Numbered from the stretch's first letter, positions 46,491-55,379 are shown. The stretch is DNA of 64,000 nt from Candidatus Iainarchaeum sp. (GCA_043808155.1 JAZDFD010000034.1:739-64738), one strand, 5' to 3'. The notes: generated by a model from the sequence alone, not told the origin. Numbers and translations are program-made.

Positions 46491-46564
46491 TGGGACTGGT
46501 GGGATTTGGACCCACGACACCACGGTCTTCAGCCGTGTGCTCTCCCAGACTGAGCTACAGTCCC
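46491..46564 (-). tRNA. tRNA-Phe (anticodon GAA); T-loop reads TCCAAAT (C at position 55)
   Basis: Reverse complement folds as GGGACTG-TA-GCTC..GAGC-A-CACGG-CTGAAGA-CCGTG-GTGTC-GTGGG-TCCAAAT-CCCAC-CAGTCCC-A. Confidence 0.9.
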
Positions 46565-46627
46565 TGCTCTAAACAAAGGGTTGTATAATGAATATAAAGT
46601 TATCAGTGTAATTCATAAAAAATGAAA

Positions 46628-46700
46628 CGAGCCCGGAGGGATTCGAACCCTCGACCCCCTGGTTAAGAGCCAGGTGCTCTACCAACTGAGCTACGAGCCC
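46628..46700 (-). tRNA. tRNA-Lys (anticodon CTT)
   Basis: GGGCTCG-TA-GCTCAGTTGGTAGAGC-A-CCTGG-CTCTTAA-CCAGG-GGGTC-GAGGG-TTCGAAT-CCCTC-CGGGCTC-G. Confidence 0.92.
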
Positions 46701-46852
46701 AAAACATCATTAACAATAGTGCCATGCACGCTTTTAAAATAATTAGTCCTGTGTCGAAGAACTAAGTTAAAGATGCTCATCTGTTCTTTTACTACTTGCT
46801 TTACCATTAAAAAACACCCCTCCCCCTTAACGACATTTTAAATAATGGAAAG

Positions 46853-46925
46853 CGAGCCCGAAGGGATTCGAACCCTTGACACCCTGGTTAAAAGCCAGGT
46901 GCTCTACCAACTGAGCTACGAGCCC
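46853..46925 (-). tRNA. tRNA-Lys (anticodon TTT)
   Basis: Near-duplicate of the CTT isoacceptor, with anticodon loop CTTTTAA and a compensatory T-stem change (AAGGG/CCCTT). Confidence 0.92.
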
Positions 46926-47019
46926 ATTAAATACGGAGTATCATAGCGTGTAAAGAACTTCGCAATCAACAAGCATAATAAATGCGCCATGGAAAGTTTA
47001 TAAAAGGTTATGAAAACAA

Positions 47020-48288
47020 CTATCCAATCGCTTTTTTGCCGTTCATGTAAGGGTGCAGGGCTTTTGGGATTTTTATTGTGCCTTTCTTTGTTTGGTGATT
47101 TTCAATAATCGCTCTGATTGCACGCGAGGTTGCTATTGCTGTGCTGTTCAAAGTATGGACTGGTTGTTTTCCGTCTTGTGTCTGGTATTTGATATTTAAT
47201 CTGTTGGACTGATAACTTGTGCAGTTTGAACAGGAAGCTGCTTCAAAATATTTGTTTTCGCGCGGGGACCACACGTCTAAATCATATTTTTTTGATGCTA
47301 CTGTCCCAATGTCCCCTGTACATACATTAACAACACGGTAAGGAAGTTCTAGTTTTTTGAAAATGAATTCAAGGTTTGATAAAAGTTCTTCATGATATTT
47401 TTGTGAATCTTCGGGTTTGCAAAAAATGAATTGTTCGATTTTTGAAAATTGATGAACGCGGTGTAACCCTCGTGTATCAACTCCATGCTTTCCAATTTCT
47501 TTTCTGAAGCACTGGCTTATACCTGCATATTTCAAAGGAAGTGTGTCTAGTGTTTCATTCATATGCATTGCCGCAAGAGGATGTTCAGATGTTGCAATTA
47601 AATAAAGATCTTCATCTTCAATTTTGTACATTACATTTTCAAAATCATCTAAATCTGTTACTCCTTCATAGGGCATGCGTCGCATCATTAAGGGTACTTC
47701 TGTTAAGCAGTATCCTTTTTTCATTAAAAATTCTGAAGCAAAATTAATCAAAGCAAGATTAAGTAAAGTCAAATCATTGTAAAGATAAAAGAACCCAGAA
47801 CCGGATGTTTTTGCTGCGCGTTTGAAATCAGCTAAGCCTTTTTCTTCAATAAATTGACCATGAGGCATCATTTCAAAATCTAATTTTGGGGGGTTGCCAA
47901 ACTTACGGATTTCAAGATTATCTTCTTCATCTTTACCTATTGGAACAGATTCATCAAGAATGTTTGGTAAGCGCATAAGTGCTTTTGTTAAAGAGGCGTA
48001 TATTTCATCTGCTTTGGTTTCGTTTTGTTTTATTTTATTCGGGATTTCTTTTGCGTCCTTAAGTTTTTGGGTAATGTTTTTTCCTTGTGATTTTAGGTTT
48101 TTGATTTCATTAGTGAGTTCATTTCTTCGCTGTTTTAGTTTATCAACATCATATTTGAGCTTTCGCCAGAGGTCATCCTCGATTTTTATTTTTTCTAATA
48201 GTTTGAGGTTATTATTTTGGCCTCTTTTTTTAAGATCTCTTGCAATGATTTTGGGGGTTTCCCTTATCAGTTTTATATCCAACATCAA
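47020..48288 (-). CDS. serS: seryl-tRNA synthetase
   Basis: N-terminal coiled-coil arm (MLDIKLIRE...). Class II motifs: FRKE, GLHRVHQF, TSEH, NSTAIATSR. Confidence 0.9.
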   Translation of the reverse strand: MMLDIKLIRETPKIIARDLKKRGQNNNLKLLEKIKIEDDLWRKLKYDVDKLKQRRNELTNEIKNLKSQGKNITQKLKDAKEIPNKIKQNETKADEIYASLTKALMRLPNILDESVPIGKDEEDNLEIRKFGNPPKLDFEMMPHGQFIEEKGLADFKRAAKTSGSGFFYLYNDLTLLNLALINFASEFLMKKGYCLTEVPLMMRRMPYEGVTDLDDFENVMYKIEDEDLYLIATSEHPLAAMHMNETLDTLPLKYAGISQCFRKEIGKHGVDTRGLHRVHQFSKIEQFIFCKPEDSQKYHEELLSNLEFIFKKLELPYRVVNVCTGDIGTVASKKYDLDVWSPRENKYFEAASCSNCTSYQSNRLNIKYQTQDGKQPVHTLNSTAIATSRAIRAIIENHQTKKGTIKIPKALHPYMNGKKAIG

Positions 48289-48335
48289 ATCACTAAAAAC
48301 AACTATAAAATAATGTTACAGTACAATATAAATAT

Positions 48336-48872
48336 ATGACTAAGGATATTGTAATTTTGAGATACGGCCATAGGGTTGTACGTGATTATAGGGTCACTAG
48401 TCATTGTTGTTTAGTAGCAAGAGCATTGGGCGCTAGTAAAATAATTATTCAGGGGGATGAGGATGAAAGCATCCAAAATTCCGTGAATGATATTGTAAAA
48501 CGGTGGGGCGGTGATTTTAAAGTTGAGATTGCTGAGTCCTGGAAAGGAGTTATTGAGACGTATAAGGCGAAAAAATATTTGATTGTGCATGCCACAATGT
48601 ATGGTTCTCATATTCAAAAAATTGAATCAAAATTGAGAAAATCAGATAAAATTCTGCTTATTATTGGTTCTCAAAAAGTAGAATCTGAGGTTTATGACTT
48701 AAGTGATTATAATGTGTCGGTAACAAATCAGCCCCATAGCGAGATTGCAGCACTTGCAGTTATTTTAGACAGATTGTTTGAGGGTAAAGAATTAGATAAA
48801 AAATTTAGAAATGCTAAAATTAAAATTACGCCTCAGGCAAAAGGCAAAAAAGTTGCAAAGAAAACAAACTAA
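48336..48872 (+). CDS. trm56: tRNA (cytidine56-2'-O)-methyltransferase aTrm56 (SPOUT)
   Basis: ILRYGHRVVRDYRVTSHCCLVARALGA resembles the aTrm56 N-terminal signature. Size 178 aa. Confidence 0.75.
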   Translation: MTKDIVILRYGHRVVRDYRVTSHCCLVARALGASKIIIQGDEDESIQNSVNDIVKRWGGDFKVEIAESWKGVIETYKAKKYLIVHATMYGSHIQKIESKLRKSDKILLIIGSQKVESEVYDLSDYNVSVTNQPHSEIAALAVILDRLFEGKELDKKFRNAKIKITPQAKGKKVAKKTN

Positions 48873-48913
48873 TTCTTTGAGAAGTTTTATAATCAGTTAT
48901 TAATAGAATATAT

Positions 48914-49456
48914 TTGATGCCTGCTAAAAAAAAGTCGATTGTTGATTTTCTTGCAGTTAAAGAGTTCATAGGCACTATTGCTGGTGAATCTGCGATTGAT
49001 TTGATAAAGATTTGCCACAAAAAAAATTGTGGTGTGACGGACGAGGAAATCGCTAAAAAATTAGGTTTGAAAGTAACAGAAATAAGAACAATTTTGAACA
49101 GACTTCATTACAGAGGAATTGTTTGCTATGACAAAACTAAAAATAAAAAAACAGGCTGGTACTCATATACTTGGGAAATAAAGACTAAGAGAATTGCAGA
49201 ATTGATTCTTGAACAAAATTCTGAGCAAATCCAAAAATTAGAAAACAAAATGGTTTTGGAGGAAACATACTCATTGTTTGGATGCAAGGCAGAGTGTGCG
49301 ACTGTGCCTTTTGAAATAGCAGCAGAATATCATTTCAAATGTCCTGAATGCGGTAAAACTCTTGAATCGATTGATAACAAAAAGCGTGCAAAACAAACCA
49401 AAAAATACATTGACACACTGAAAGAAGAGGCAGCAGAACTGGCGAAGATGTTATAA
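48914..49456 (+). CDS. tfe: transcription factor E (TFE, TFIIE-alpha homolog)
   Basis: Winged helix (EEIAKKLGLKVTEIRTILNRLHYRGIV...WYSYTW) plus zinc ribbon (FKCPECGKTL). Confidence 0.75.
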   Translation: MMPAKKKSIVDFLAVKEFIGTIAGESAIDLIKICHKKNCGVTDEEIAKKLGLKVTEIRTILNRLHYRGIVCYDKTKNKKTGWYSYTWEIKTKRIAELILEQNSEQIQKLENKMVLEETYSLFGCKAECATVPFEIAAEYHFKCPECGKTLESIDNKKRAKQTKKYIDTLKEEAAELAKML

Positions 49457-49658
49457 ACACACAATTTGTTGGACATATAGCACACAGTATACAAAAATTA
49501 GATAATAAAAATCACGGGGTATTTTGGAGCATATATTCAAAATAAAAAGAGTATATGGATTTGATTTTAATTTAACGGTTAATTTATGGTTTATTAAATA
49601 AAAAATGGTTATAGTGGGGTTTTTTAAAGGTTTTTGTTTAATAAAATAATAAAATGAT

Positions 49659-49733
49659 AGCGAGGTAGGGCAGTCTGGAGTGCCCGTCGGGCTCATAACC
49701 CGAAGGTCGGAGGTTCAAATCCTCCCCTCGCTA
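49659..49733 (+). tRNA. initiator tRNA-Met (anticodon CAT)
   Basis: A1:U72 acceptor pair (AGCGAGG/CCTCGCT). Three G:C pairs closing the anticodon stem (TCGGG-CTCATAA-CCCGA). T arm GGAGG-TTCAAAT-CCTCC. Confidence 0.88.
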
Positions 49734-49756
49734 TAGGGCTTTTTCTTTTGGCGGTG

Positions 49757-50173
49757 GTAATTACTAAAAAATCACTATTTGATAATCATGTTTTTAGTAA
49801 GTATGATTCAAAATTTTTCTTTTGTTTGTGAGAACTTACCATTAATTCGGTAATTACGACACACTCACAAACACACTTTCAGTAGAAACCCAAAAAACCA
49901 ACAAAAAGATTAAAACTCACATGTTACAAGTTAGACAGACTATTGAAAAATACAATACTCACTTTGCTACATTTGCAGTATTAGCACTGCTTTTGTTGTT
50001 GTTTGTGTTAAATTTTGCAAAAAATATGCACTCACTTTTCGCTACAATGCCATAAAACAGCTAAATAGAGGGGGTTTTTAGATGTTTATTGGAATGATGA
50101 TTAGTAATTACGAGGTAATAACCGAAACTTACTACTTTTACGTGTCCAAACCATAATGATTTAAAGTAATTAT
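49757..50173. repeat. cluster of the palindromic octamer GTAATTAC (49757, 49850, 50104; GTAATTAT at 50166) in the spacer between tRNA-iMet and ORF 50192
   Basis: Read directly from the sequence. Three perfect copies lie within about 360 bp of AT-rich spacer. Confidence 0.6.
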
Positions 50174-50191
50174 GGTCATTATATTAATGAT

Positions 50192-50632
50192 ATGAGCATC
50201 ATAAACAATTTATTTTCAACAATAACAGGGCTGTTCAAAAAACCAACAAAACACTCAAATATGCCATTTGAAGGGGATATTTACTCGGAAGAGGGTGTTG
50301 TTGAGAGTGTTGATGAAATACATTCTATTTGGGATTATTTAAAATTTCATGAGCATACACAAGCACATCATTTAGTTAATGTGGTGGGTTTTGATGAATG
50401 GGTTTCGATGGAAGAAATAAGACGGAGAGTTAGAGAATTGTTTAGTGTAGAATATAAAAATGAACGCAGTTTATATCCATATATCAAAACATTGGTGGAT
50501 ATTGGTTTAATGGAAACCAGTAATGTTGGTGGCAAAAGAAAATGGAGAAAGAAGGATTTAATGATTAAAATTAAAGTAAGAAAAAAAAAGGAAGCAGAGG
50601 AAATAGAAGCAAAAACAAAACACATAAGTTAG
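50192..50632 (+). CDS. hypothetical protein with winged-helix-like C-terminal half
   Basis: The segment EWVSMEEIRRRVRELF...YPYIKTLVDIGLMETSNVGGKRKWRK resembles a wHTH. Basic tail. Confidence 0.45.
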   Translation: MSIINNLFSTITGLFKKPTKHSNMPFEGDIYSEEGVVESVDEIHSIWDYLKFHEHTQAHHLVNVVGFDEWVSMEEIRRRVRELFSVEYKNERSLYPYIKTLVDIGLMETSNVGGKRKWRKKDLMIKIKVRKKKEAEEIEAKTKHIS

Positions 50633-50724
50633 AAATACACAATTTCTTGGACATGTTGGTTTAAACCATTTTTAGAATAAAGGAGATATCAATTAGGAGC
50701 GGTTTTTGGAATAATAAGAGTCGG

Positions 50725-51315
50725 TTATTTGCCCTTTAAGTCTTTGTATGCATCATAGAAAAGTTTTAGTTTTTCAGAACTTAGATACACGTCTTTAAAC
50801 CAAATAGAATTGACAATTGCTTGTGATTCGGATTTTAACAAATTAATATAATTGGGTTCAGTTTTTTCTTGTTTTTGTTTGTTTTGTAATTCATCTAGCA
50901 ATTTGGAGGGGTCTTTTGCATTTGAAGATACATGTGTCCTGTCCAAAAGCGCTTCTAATGAAGACATAACTTGTTTTTCATCAATATTTTTTTCATTCAT
51001 ATAATATACGGCTTTCCAGTCACCTTTAACATGCCATTTATGGGTTGGATTTTTGCCTGTTTTGAAGAATTCAGTAAGTGTGTTAAAGGTCCCTGGGGGT
51101 ATAATTACACAATTTTTGCCTGGGCGAATATAAGGTATGTTTGATAAAACACCCCGCCGGTAATACTGGTAAATTTTACCATTTGATTTGTATACTGCTT
51201 GGGTGTAACCATAAAGCGCACGGAATAGCTTCTGATAGGTGTATGATGAATGTTTTATAGATTCAGGTAAGATGAATTTATATTGAATAAAATAACCCTT
51301 GACAGCCATGAACAC
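50725..51315 (-). CDS. hypothetical protein (196 aa)
   Basis: Long ORF. Tyr-rich N-terminal beta/alpha segment. No family assigned. Confidence 0.45.
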   Translation of the reverse strand: MFMAVKGYFIQYKFILPESIKHSSYTYQKLFRALYGYTQAVYKSNGKIYQYYRRGVLSNIPYIRPGKNCVIIPPGTFNTLTEFFKTGKNPTHKWHVKGDWKAVYYMNEKNIDEKQVMSSLEALLDRTHVSSNAKDPSKLLDELQNKQKQEKTEPNYINLLKSESQAIVNSIWFKDVYLSSEKLKLFYDAYKDLKGK

Positions 51316-51430
51316 CCCTCACTTCCACTATTCTAATTAAATTACTAATTAAATTATATTATGTATAATTATACCTAAATATATAAAAACATAACTCAAA
51401 AAAACAAAAAATAAAATTAAAAAGAAAGAA

Positions 51431-51763
51431 TTAGAAGCGTTTTCGTCTGTAGTGTTCTGCGTGGCCTGGGTGTGTTTTTGGTCTGTGCACTATGGGTGGT
51501 GCGTCAGAATCCTCATCAGAAGAGCTTGCAGTGTTAGAAACCAATACAATATCTTGAACTGCTTTAACATTCCTGTACGGGATGCTTTTTTCCATGATTA
51601 TTTTCTTTGCTTCTTGTTTGGTTCTTGCCTTTAAAACTTCTGTTGTTATAGTCTCGAGTCTGCCCTTTTCCAAATTTATAACAAGATCATATATTTTACC
51701 CTTATGCTCTGCACTAGTAGAATATATTTCCATACCAAATAATTTCGATACTCTGAGCGTCAT
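51431..51763 (-). CDS. PRC-barrel domain protein
   Basis: VSKLFGMEIYSTSAEHKGKIYDLVINLEKGRLETI...IPYRNVKAVQDIVLV is a typical PRC-barrel pattern. Confidence 0.6.
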   Translation of the reverse strand: MTLRVSKLFGMEIYSTSAEHKGKIYDLVINLEKGRLETITTEVLKARTKQEAKKIIMEKSIPYRNVKAVQDIVLVSNTASSSDEDSDAPPIVHRPKTHPGHAEHYRRKRF

Positions 51764-51995
51764 ATTCCCCCTCCTAATTAAAAATATCTATATTATAAAA
51801 TCCATTGAACTATTTAAGCTTTTTGTTATTCTTACGAGAATTGTGTGAGTTTGTTTGAAATTCGCATACATCTACATAATTTTATTTGATTTTTTATTTA
51901 TCCGTCTTGGGCATATTACACTACTACATAACTAAAAAACCAATTAAATTTATTAGCTTTATTTACTTTACTCTGAATAGTGGAAGTGCCCCCCG

Positions 51996-52850
51996 TCATT
52001 TCTCTTTATGTGCGAGTTTGTCAAGTGGGCTCTGAACCTTCTTCAGTTGTTCTGTTGAAACAGAGGTGTAAATTTGGGTTGTGCTGAGGTTTGTATGACC
52101 AAGTAATTCTTGAATTTTTCTTATACTTTCTCCTGATTCTAAAAGATGTGTTGCATAAGAATGTCTTAGTGTGTGTGGGGTAACATGTTTCTGGATTCCG
52201 GCTTTTTCAGAAGTTGTTTTAATAATTCTCTGAATCGTATCTACGGACAACGGTTTTCCATTTTTTTTAGAAAAAACAAAATCAGATTCATGTTTTTTAT
52301 TTTTTAAGTATTGTTTTAGGTGTTTAAGCCACTCAGTTGACAGTATGATTATTCTGTCTTTGTTTCCCTTTCCCCCACGAACCTGTGCAATTCTTTCTTT
52401 AACCTCAAGATCATTCACTTTTAGTTTGACGCACTCTGAAACCCTACAACCCGAAGAATAAAGAAATTCAACAATCAACCTGTCTCTTTTAGCTTTTGAA
52501 GCTTTTATCAAATCTTTCACTTCTTTTTGAGTAAGAACAGATGGGAGTTTTTTTGCGCGTTTTGGGCTTTTTATATCCTCCATTATTTTTTTCTTCAGAA
52601 AGCTGTGTGTGAAAAATTTTAGAGACGAATAAACCAATGCAAGCGTAGCATTTGATGTGTTGTTTTCCTTTTTATGTGCCAAGAAATTCACAATATCGTT
52701 TCTTGAAAGGTCGTCAACTGGCTTGTTTGTGAATTCAAGGAATTCCTTAACATATAATTGATACATTATGAGTGTTCTTTTGCTATAGCCTGTAATAGTT
52801 AATTCATTTTTGAAATTCAGTATAACCTCTGCATATTTGGATTCATTCAT
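51996..52850 (-). CDS. xerA: tyrosine recombinase (XerA/XerC/D-like integrase)
   Basis: N-terminal SAM-like domain. Catalytic residues in SGCRVSE (R), HTLRHSYATHLL (H-x-x-R), LGHTNLSTTQIYT (H..Y). Confidence 0.85.
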   Translation of the reverse strand: MNESKYAEVILNFKNELTITGYSKRTLIMYQLYVKEFLEFTNKPVDDLSRNDIVNFLAHKKENNTSNATLALVYSSLKFFTHSFLKKKIMEDIKSPKRAKKLPSVLTQKEVKDLIKASKAKRDRLIVEFLYSSGCRVSECVKLKVNDLEVKERIAQVRGGKGNKDRIIILSTEWLKHLKQYLKNKKHESDFVFSKKNGKPLSVDTIQRIIKTTSEKAGIQKHVTPHTLRHSYATHLLESGESIRKIQELLGHTNLSTTQIYTSVSTEQLKKVQSPLDKLAHKEK

Positions 52851-52941
52851 TATTGAAATAACACATGTGAATTAATAATGCTTCCGTAAAACCAAAGATT
52901 ATAATTTTAAATGGATTTGTAATTTTTATATTTGTGATATC

Positions 52942-53184
52942 ATGCCTATAAGAAAAAAACCCACACCCAGAAAAAAGACTGAAAAAACAGAAGACAAAGA
53001 TTGGCAGAAATGGTATGCTGAGTTAGATAAGAAAGAACATGAAATACGGCTTAAACAATTAGGCTTAGAAGATGACGAAATTGATGAATGGGAAGAAATG
53101 CAGGAAAAAGGCGTAACTCTAGATGATCTGGAAGTCGCCACTACCGCAAAAGAAGAACCCGAAAAAAAACCAAAAAAGAAATAG
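52942..53184 (+). CDS. small highly charged protein (80 aa)
   Basis: ORF in track. Lys/Glu/Asp-rich. The antisense ORF is low-complexity. Confidence 0.35.
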   Translation: MPIRKKPTPRKKTEKTEDKDWQKWYAELDKKEHEIRLKQLGLEDDEIDEWEEMQEKGVTLDDLEVATTAKEEPEKKPKKK

Positions 53185-53189
53185 ATGCA

Positions 53190-53420
53190 TTATTCGCTCA
53201 ATTGCGCATATCTATAATCCTTTCTTGACTGCCAGTATAGGCCAATTGCCGCAATTCCTGAAAGCCAGGCTGCGAAATAATACAATAAAGCAACAGCCAT
53301 TTCTCTATGAAAATGGGTTATAACGCCTTCTATAAGAGACCATACAAACAAGGTTGATAGAATTACGCCCATGCTAAAGAAAAACGCGGATTTGATGAAT
53401 ATTTTTGTAGTATCTGACAT
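53190..53420 (-). CDS. small membrane protein (76 aa, 2 TM helices)
   Basis: Hydrophobic segments AFFFSMGVILSTLFVWSLI and LLYYFAAWLSGIAAIGLYW. Confidence 0.4.
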   Translation of the reverse strand: MSDTTKIFIKSAFFFSMGVILSTLFVWSLIEGVITHFHREMAVALLYYFAAWLSGIAAIGLYWQSRKDYRYAQLSE

Positions 53421-53585
53421 ATAACTCGTTAATAATATACCCTGCTCATATAAATAATTAACCTTATATTTGAGTTAAACCAAGAGTGTTTTACCTTCTT
53501 TTTTACTAAAAAGGAATATTTATAAAGGTTGGACGTAGCTATTAGTATATTAATCTAATTTTAAATTAGTGAAGGTGGGAATAAT

Positions 53586-53756
53586 ATGAAAGCATTTTTA
53601 GATATGGACGTAGATGAGGAAATGAGACAAAAACTCCTTGCAGAAGAGTTCAAACTTAGGAAAAAACAGCCTGAAGCTTGGACAAAAACAAAATACAGAA
53701 AATATGCCAATTTTGGCAAAAACAGAGTCGTTAAGGAAGTGGAAGTAAAGAACTAA
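53586..53756 (+). CDS. possible small protein (56 aa, MKAFLDMDVDEEMRQKLL...), below the ORF-track cutoff
   Basis: ATG 53586 is preceded by the SD-like gaaggtggg. In-frame stop taa at 53754. Translated by hand. Confidence 0.3.
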   Translation: MKAFLDMDVDEEMRQKLLAEEFKLRKKQPEAWTKTKYRKYANFGKNRVVKEVEVKN

Positions 53757-53851
53757 TTCTTCCCTTCTACATAATTTTTTTGGTCTTAAATATGTTAAAT
53801 AAATTAATTTTTCTGTTTTTATCAATTCATTTGAAGAAAGGAGGTTATTGA

Positions 53852-54274
53852 ATGAACGGAACTAATAAACCTAGAAGACGACCATCATTTGGTCCGAAAC
53901 CAGTAAATGAAGGCGATGTATATAATATTGAAATTGAAGGAATCGGAACAAAAGGAGATGGTATCGGCAGAGTCAAAGGCTTTGTTGTAATTGTCCCTGG
54001 AGTTGTAAAAGGCGACAAAGTTGATGTAAAAATAACTGCAGTTAGAGGTAAGGTTGCTTTTGGTGAAAAAGCTTCAGGCGCGGACGCGACTAAAGCAAAA
54101 AATGCAGCAACCAAAGAAACTTCAGAACCTGCTGAAGATGCAGAAAAATCAGAAGATGACGCAGATGAAGAATCTTCAGAAGACGAAACTGACGAAGATG
54201 CAGAAGAAGAATCTTCTGATGATGAACCTGATGACGAAATTGCAGACACCGAAGACGAAGTTGAGGACAAGTAA
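53852..54274 (+). CDS. TRAM-domain protein with long acidic C-terminal tail
   Basis: GDVYNIEIEGIGTKGDGIGRVKGFVVIVPGVVKGDKVDVKITAVRGKVAFGE. The tail is rich in D/E/S. Confidence 0.7.
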   Translation: MNGTNKPRRRPSFGPKPVNEGDVYNIEIEGIGTKGDGIGRVKGFVVIVPGVVKGDKVDVKITAVRGKVAFGEKASGADATKAKNAATKETSEPAEDAEKSEDDADEESSEDETDEDAEEESSDDEPDDEIADTEDEVEDK

Positions 54275-54357
54275 TTTCTTTCAGTTAATAACTTGTGTTT
54301 GGAAAATGAATCTCTTGCCAAATGATAAGCTTTTATTTGGTTTGAGATTTATTTTAT

Positions 54358-54561
54358 TTGATTTTAGGGGGTGTTAGTGTGGAAACTGCTGTCACTATTG
54401 AAAGAAGAAATATGAATTATTATGTCCCTAAAGAAAAACTTTGTATGAACTGCGGACAAAAAGTAACTAATAAAGGAACTAATTTTTATGAAAGACGGTT
54501 TTGTTCTGTTGAATGTAAACTGGAATACTGTGAAGTTCTTTCAGAGATTAAGAAAATTTAA
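54358..54561 (+). CDS. small zinc-binding protein, TRASH/zf-FCS-like (likely start ATG 54412)
   Basis: CMNCGQKV...FYERRFCSVECK pattern (C-x2-C ... FCS-x2-C). Confidence 0.4.
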   Translation: MILGGVSVETAVTIERRNMNYYVPKEKLCMNCGQKVTNKGTNFYERRFCSVECKLEYCEVLSEIKKI

Positions 54562-54603
54562 TATCTTAAATCAATTTAATAAGTTAAATATCTTCATTAC
54601 GTA

Positions 54604-54807
54604 ATGGAAATAAAAATAATTCAGTGTCCTAAATGCGGCCAGATTCAGGGGAGTATGTCACTGAAAGTTTTCCAGTGCAAATTCTGCTCGCACAAGGCAC
54701 AGCTCCGAAATGTGAAAATTCTGAAAAAAACAGATGACTCGGGCAAAGCACAGGAAATAATATCTAATTTAAAAATGCAAAAAGCGATGAAAAATCAGGC
54801 AAATTAA
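54604..54807 (+). CDS. small zinc-ribbon protein (DUF1922-like)
   Basis: CPKCGQ ... CKFCSH four-Cys ribbon at the N-terminus, basic C-terminal helix. Confidence 0.5.
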   Translation: MEIKIIQCPKCGQIQGSMSLKVFQCKFCSHKAQLRNVKILKKTDDSGKAQEIISNLKMQKAMKNQAN

Positions 54808-54977
54808 TTAGATGTTGGTATTTGAGCCCTTTTTCTACGATTGTACCACTCTCCAGTTATTGTACCAAAATTGATATATAAACTGGGAACAGCAATAGTA
54901 TTGAAAGTATTTAATAAAAAACCAGGAATCCAATGTTTCACCTCATCCTCCTTTGATTCCTTTGGTTTTTCTTTTTT

Positions 54978-55379
54978 TTGGTATTTATTGTTTCAGTGAT
55001 TTATATGATTGGAAAAAGACACGCAACAACAATTGCTTTTTTTCTTTTGATTTTAAGTTTTGTTTTTGCAGAAGTACCAAGCCCTTTTCAGTTTTTGAAA
55101 GAGTTAAGCACAGTCGCAGCTGAGTTTGACATATATGTAAAATTCATTGTATTGTTCTTTGCATTAGGACTTCTGGTAATTTCCGTAAAAGCATATCTGA
55201 AAAAAAAGAGCCCGAGAATGTTGTTTTTGGCAGCAGCCTTCTTCCTATTCGCAGCAAAATGGGGACTTAAAATACTTGACTTGTATTTCAGTTCTGGTGT
55301 TTTTCTTCCCGACCCTTCAGAGAATGTATTTGAATTAGCAATCTTTGTAATGTTGTTTGCTGCAATCTTCAAAAAATAG
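54978..55379 (+). CDS. membrane protein (133 aa, 4 TM helices)
   Basis: Four hydrophobic segments. Overlaps the start of the downstream wHTH gene. Confidence 0.45.
   Translation: MVFIVSVIYMIGKRHATTIAFFLLILSFVFAEVPSPFQFLKELSTVAAEFDIYVKFIVLFFALGLLVISVKAYLKKKSPRMLFLAAAFFLFAAKWGLKILDLYFSSGVFLPDPSENVFELAIFVMLFAAIFKK

Noticed and set aside
49874-49890. 12-nt identity CACTTTCAGTAG with the hairpin of the 6062-6079 element, and resemblance of TTTCAGTAGAAAC to the archaeal mini-ORB dyad
   Set aside because: The flanks do not continue the hairpin or any module. No G-string or second ORB-like copy is present, and no orc1/cdc6 gene is nearby. It is too short to interpret.
52851-52941. Searched for an att site (duplicate of the tRNA-iMet 3' end) or a XerA dif-like site beside the recombinase gene
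   Set aside because: No segment of the tRNA-iMet sequence is repeated here. There is no convincing 11-6-11 inverted-arm dif-like site, only generic AT-rich sequence.
53845-54377. ORFs 53845-54321 (minus strand) and 54054-54377 (plus strand) overlapping the TRAM gene
   Set aside because: They are generated by the GAA/GAT-rich acidic-tail coding repeat. The translations are Ser-rich or Lys/Gln-rich low complexity. The TRAM frame has a clear domain.
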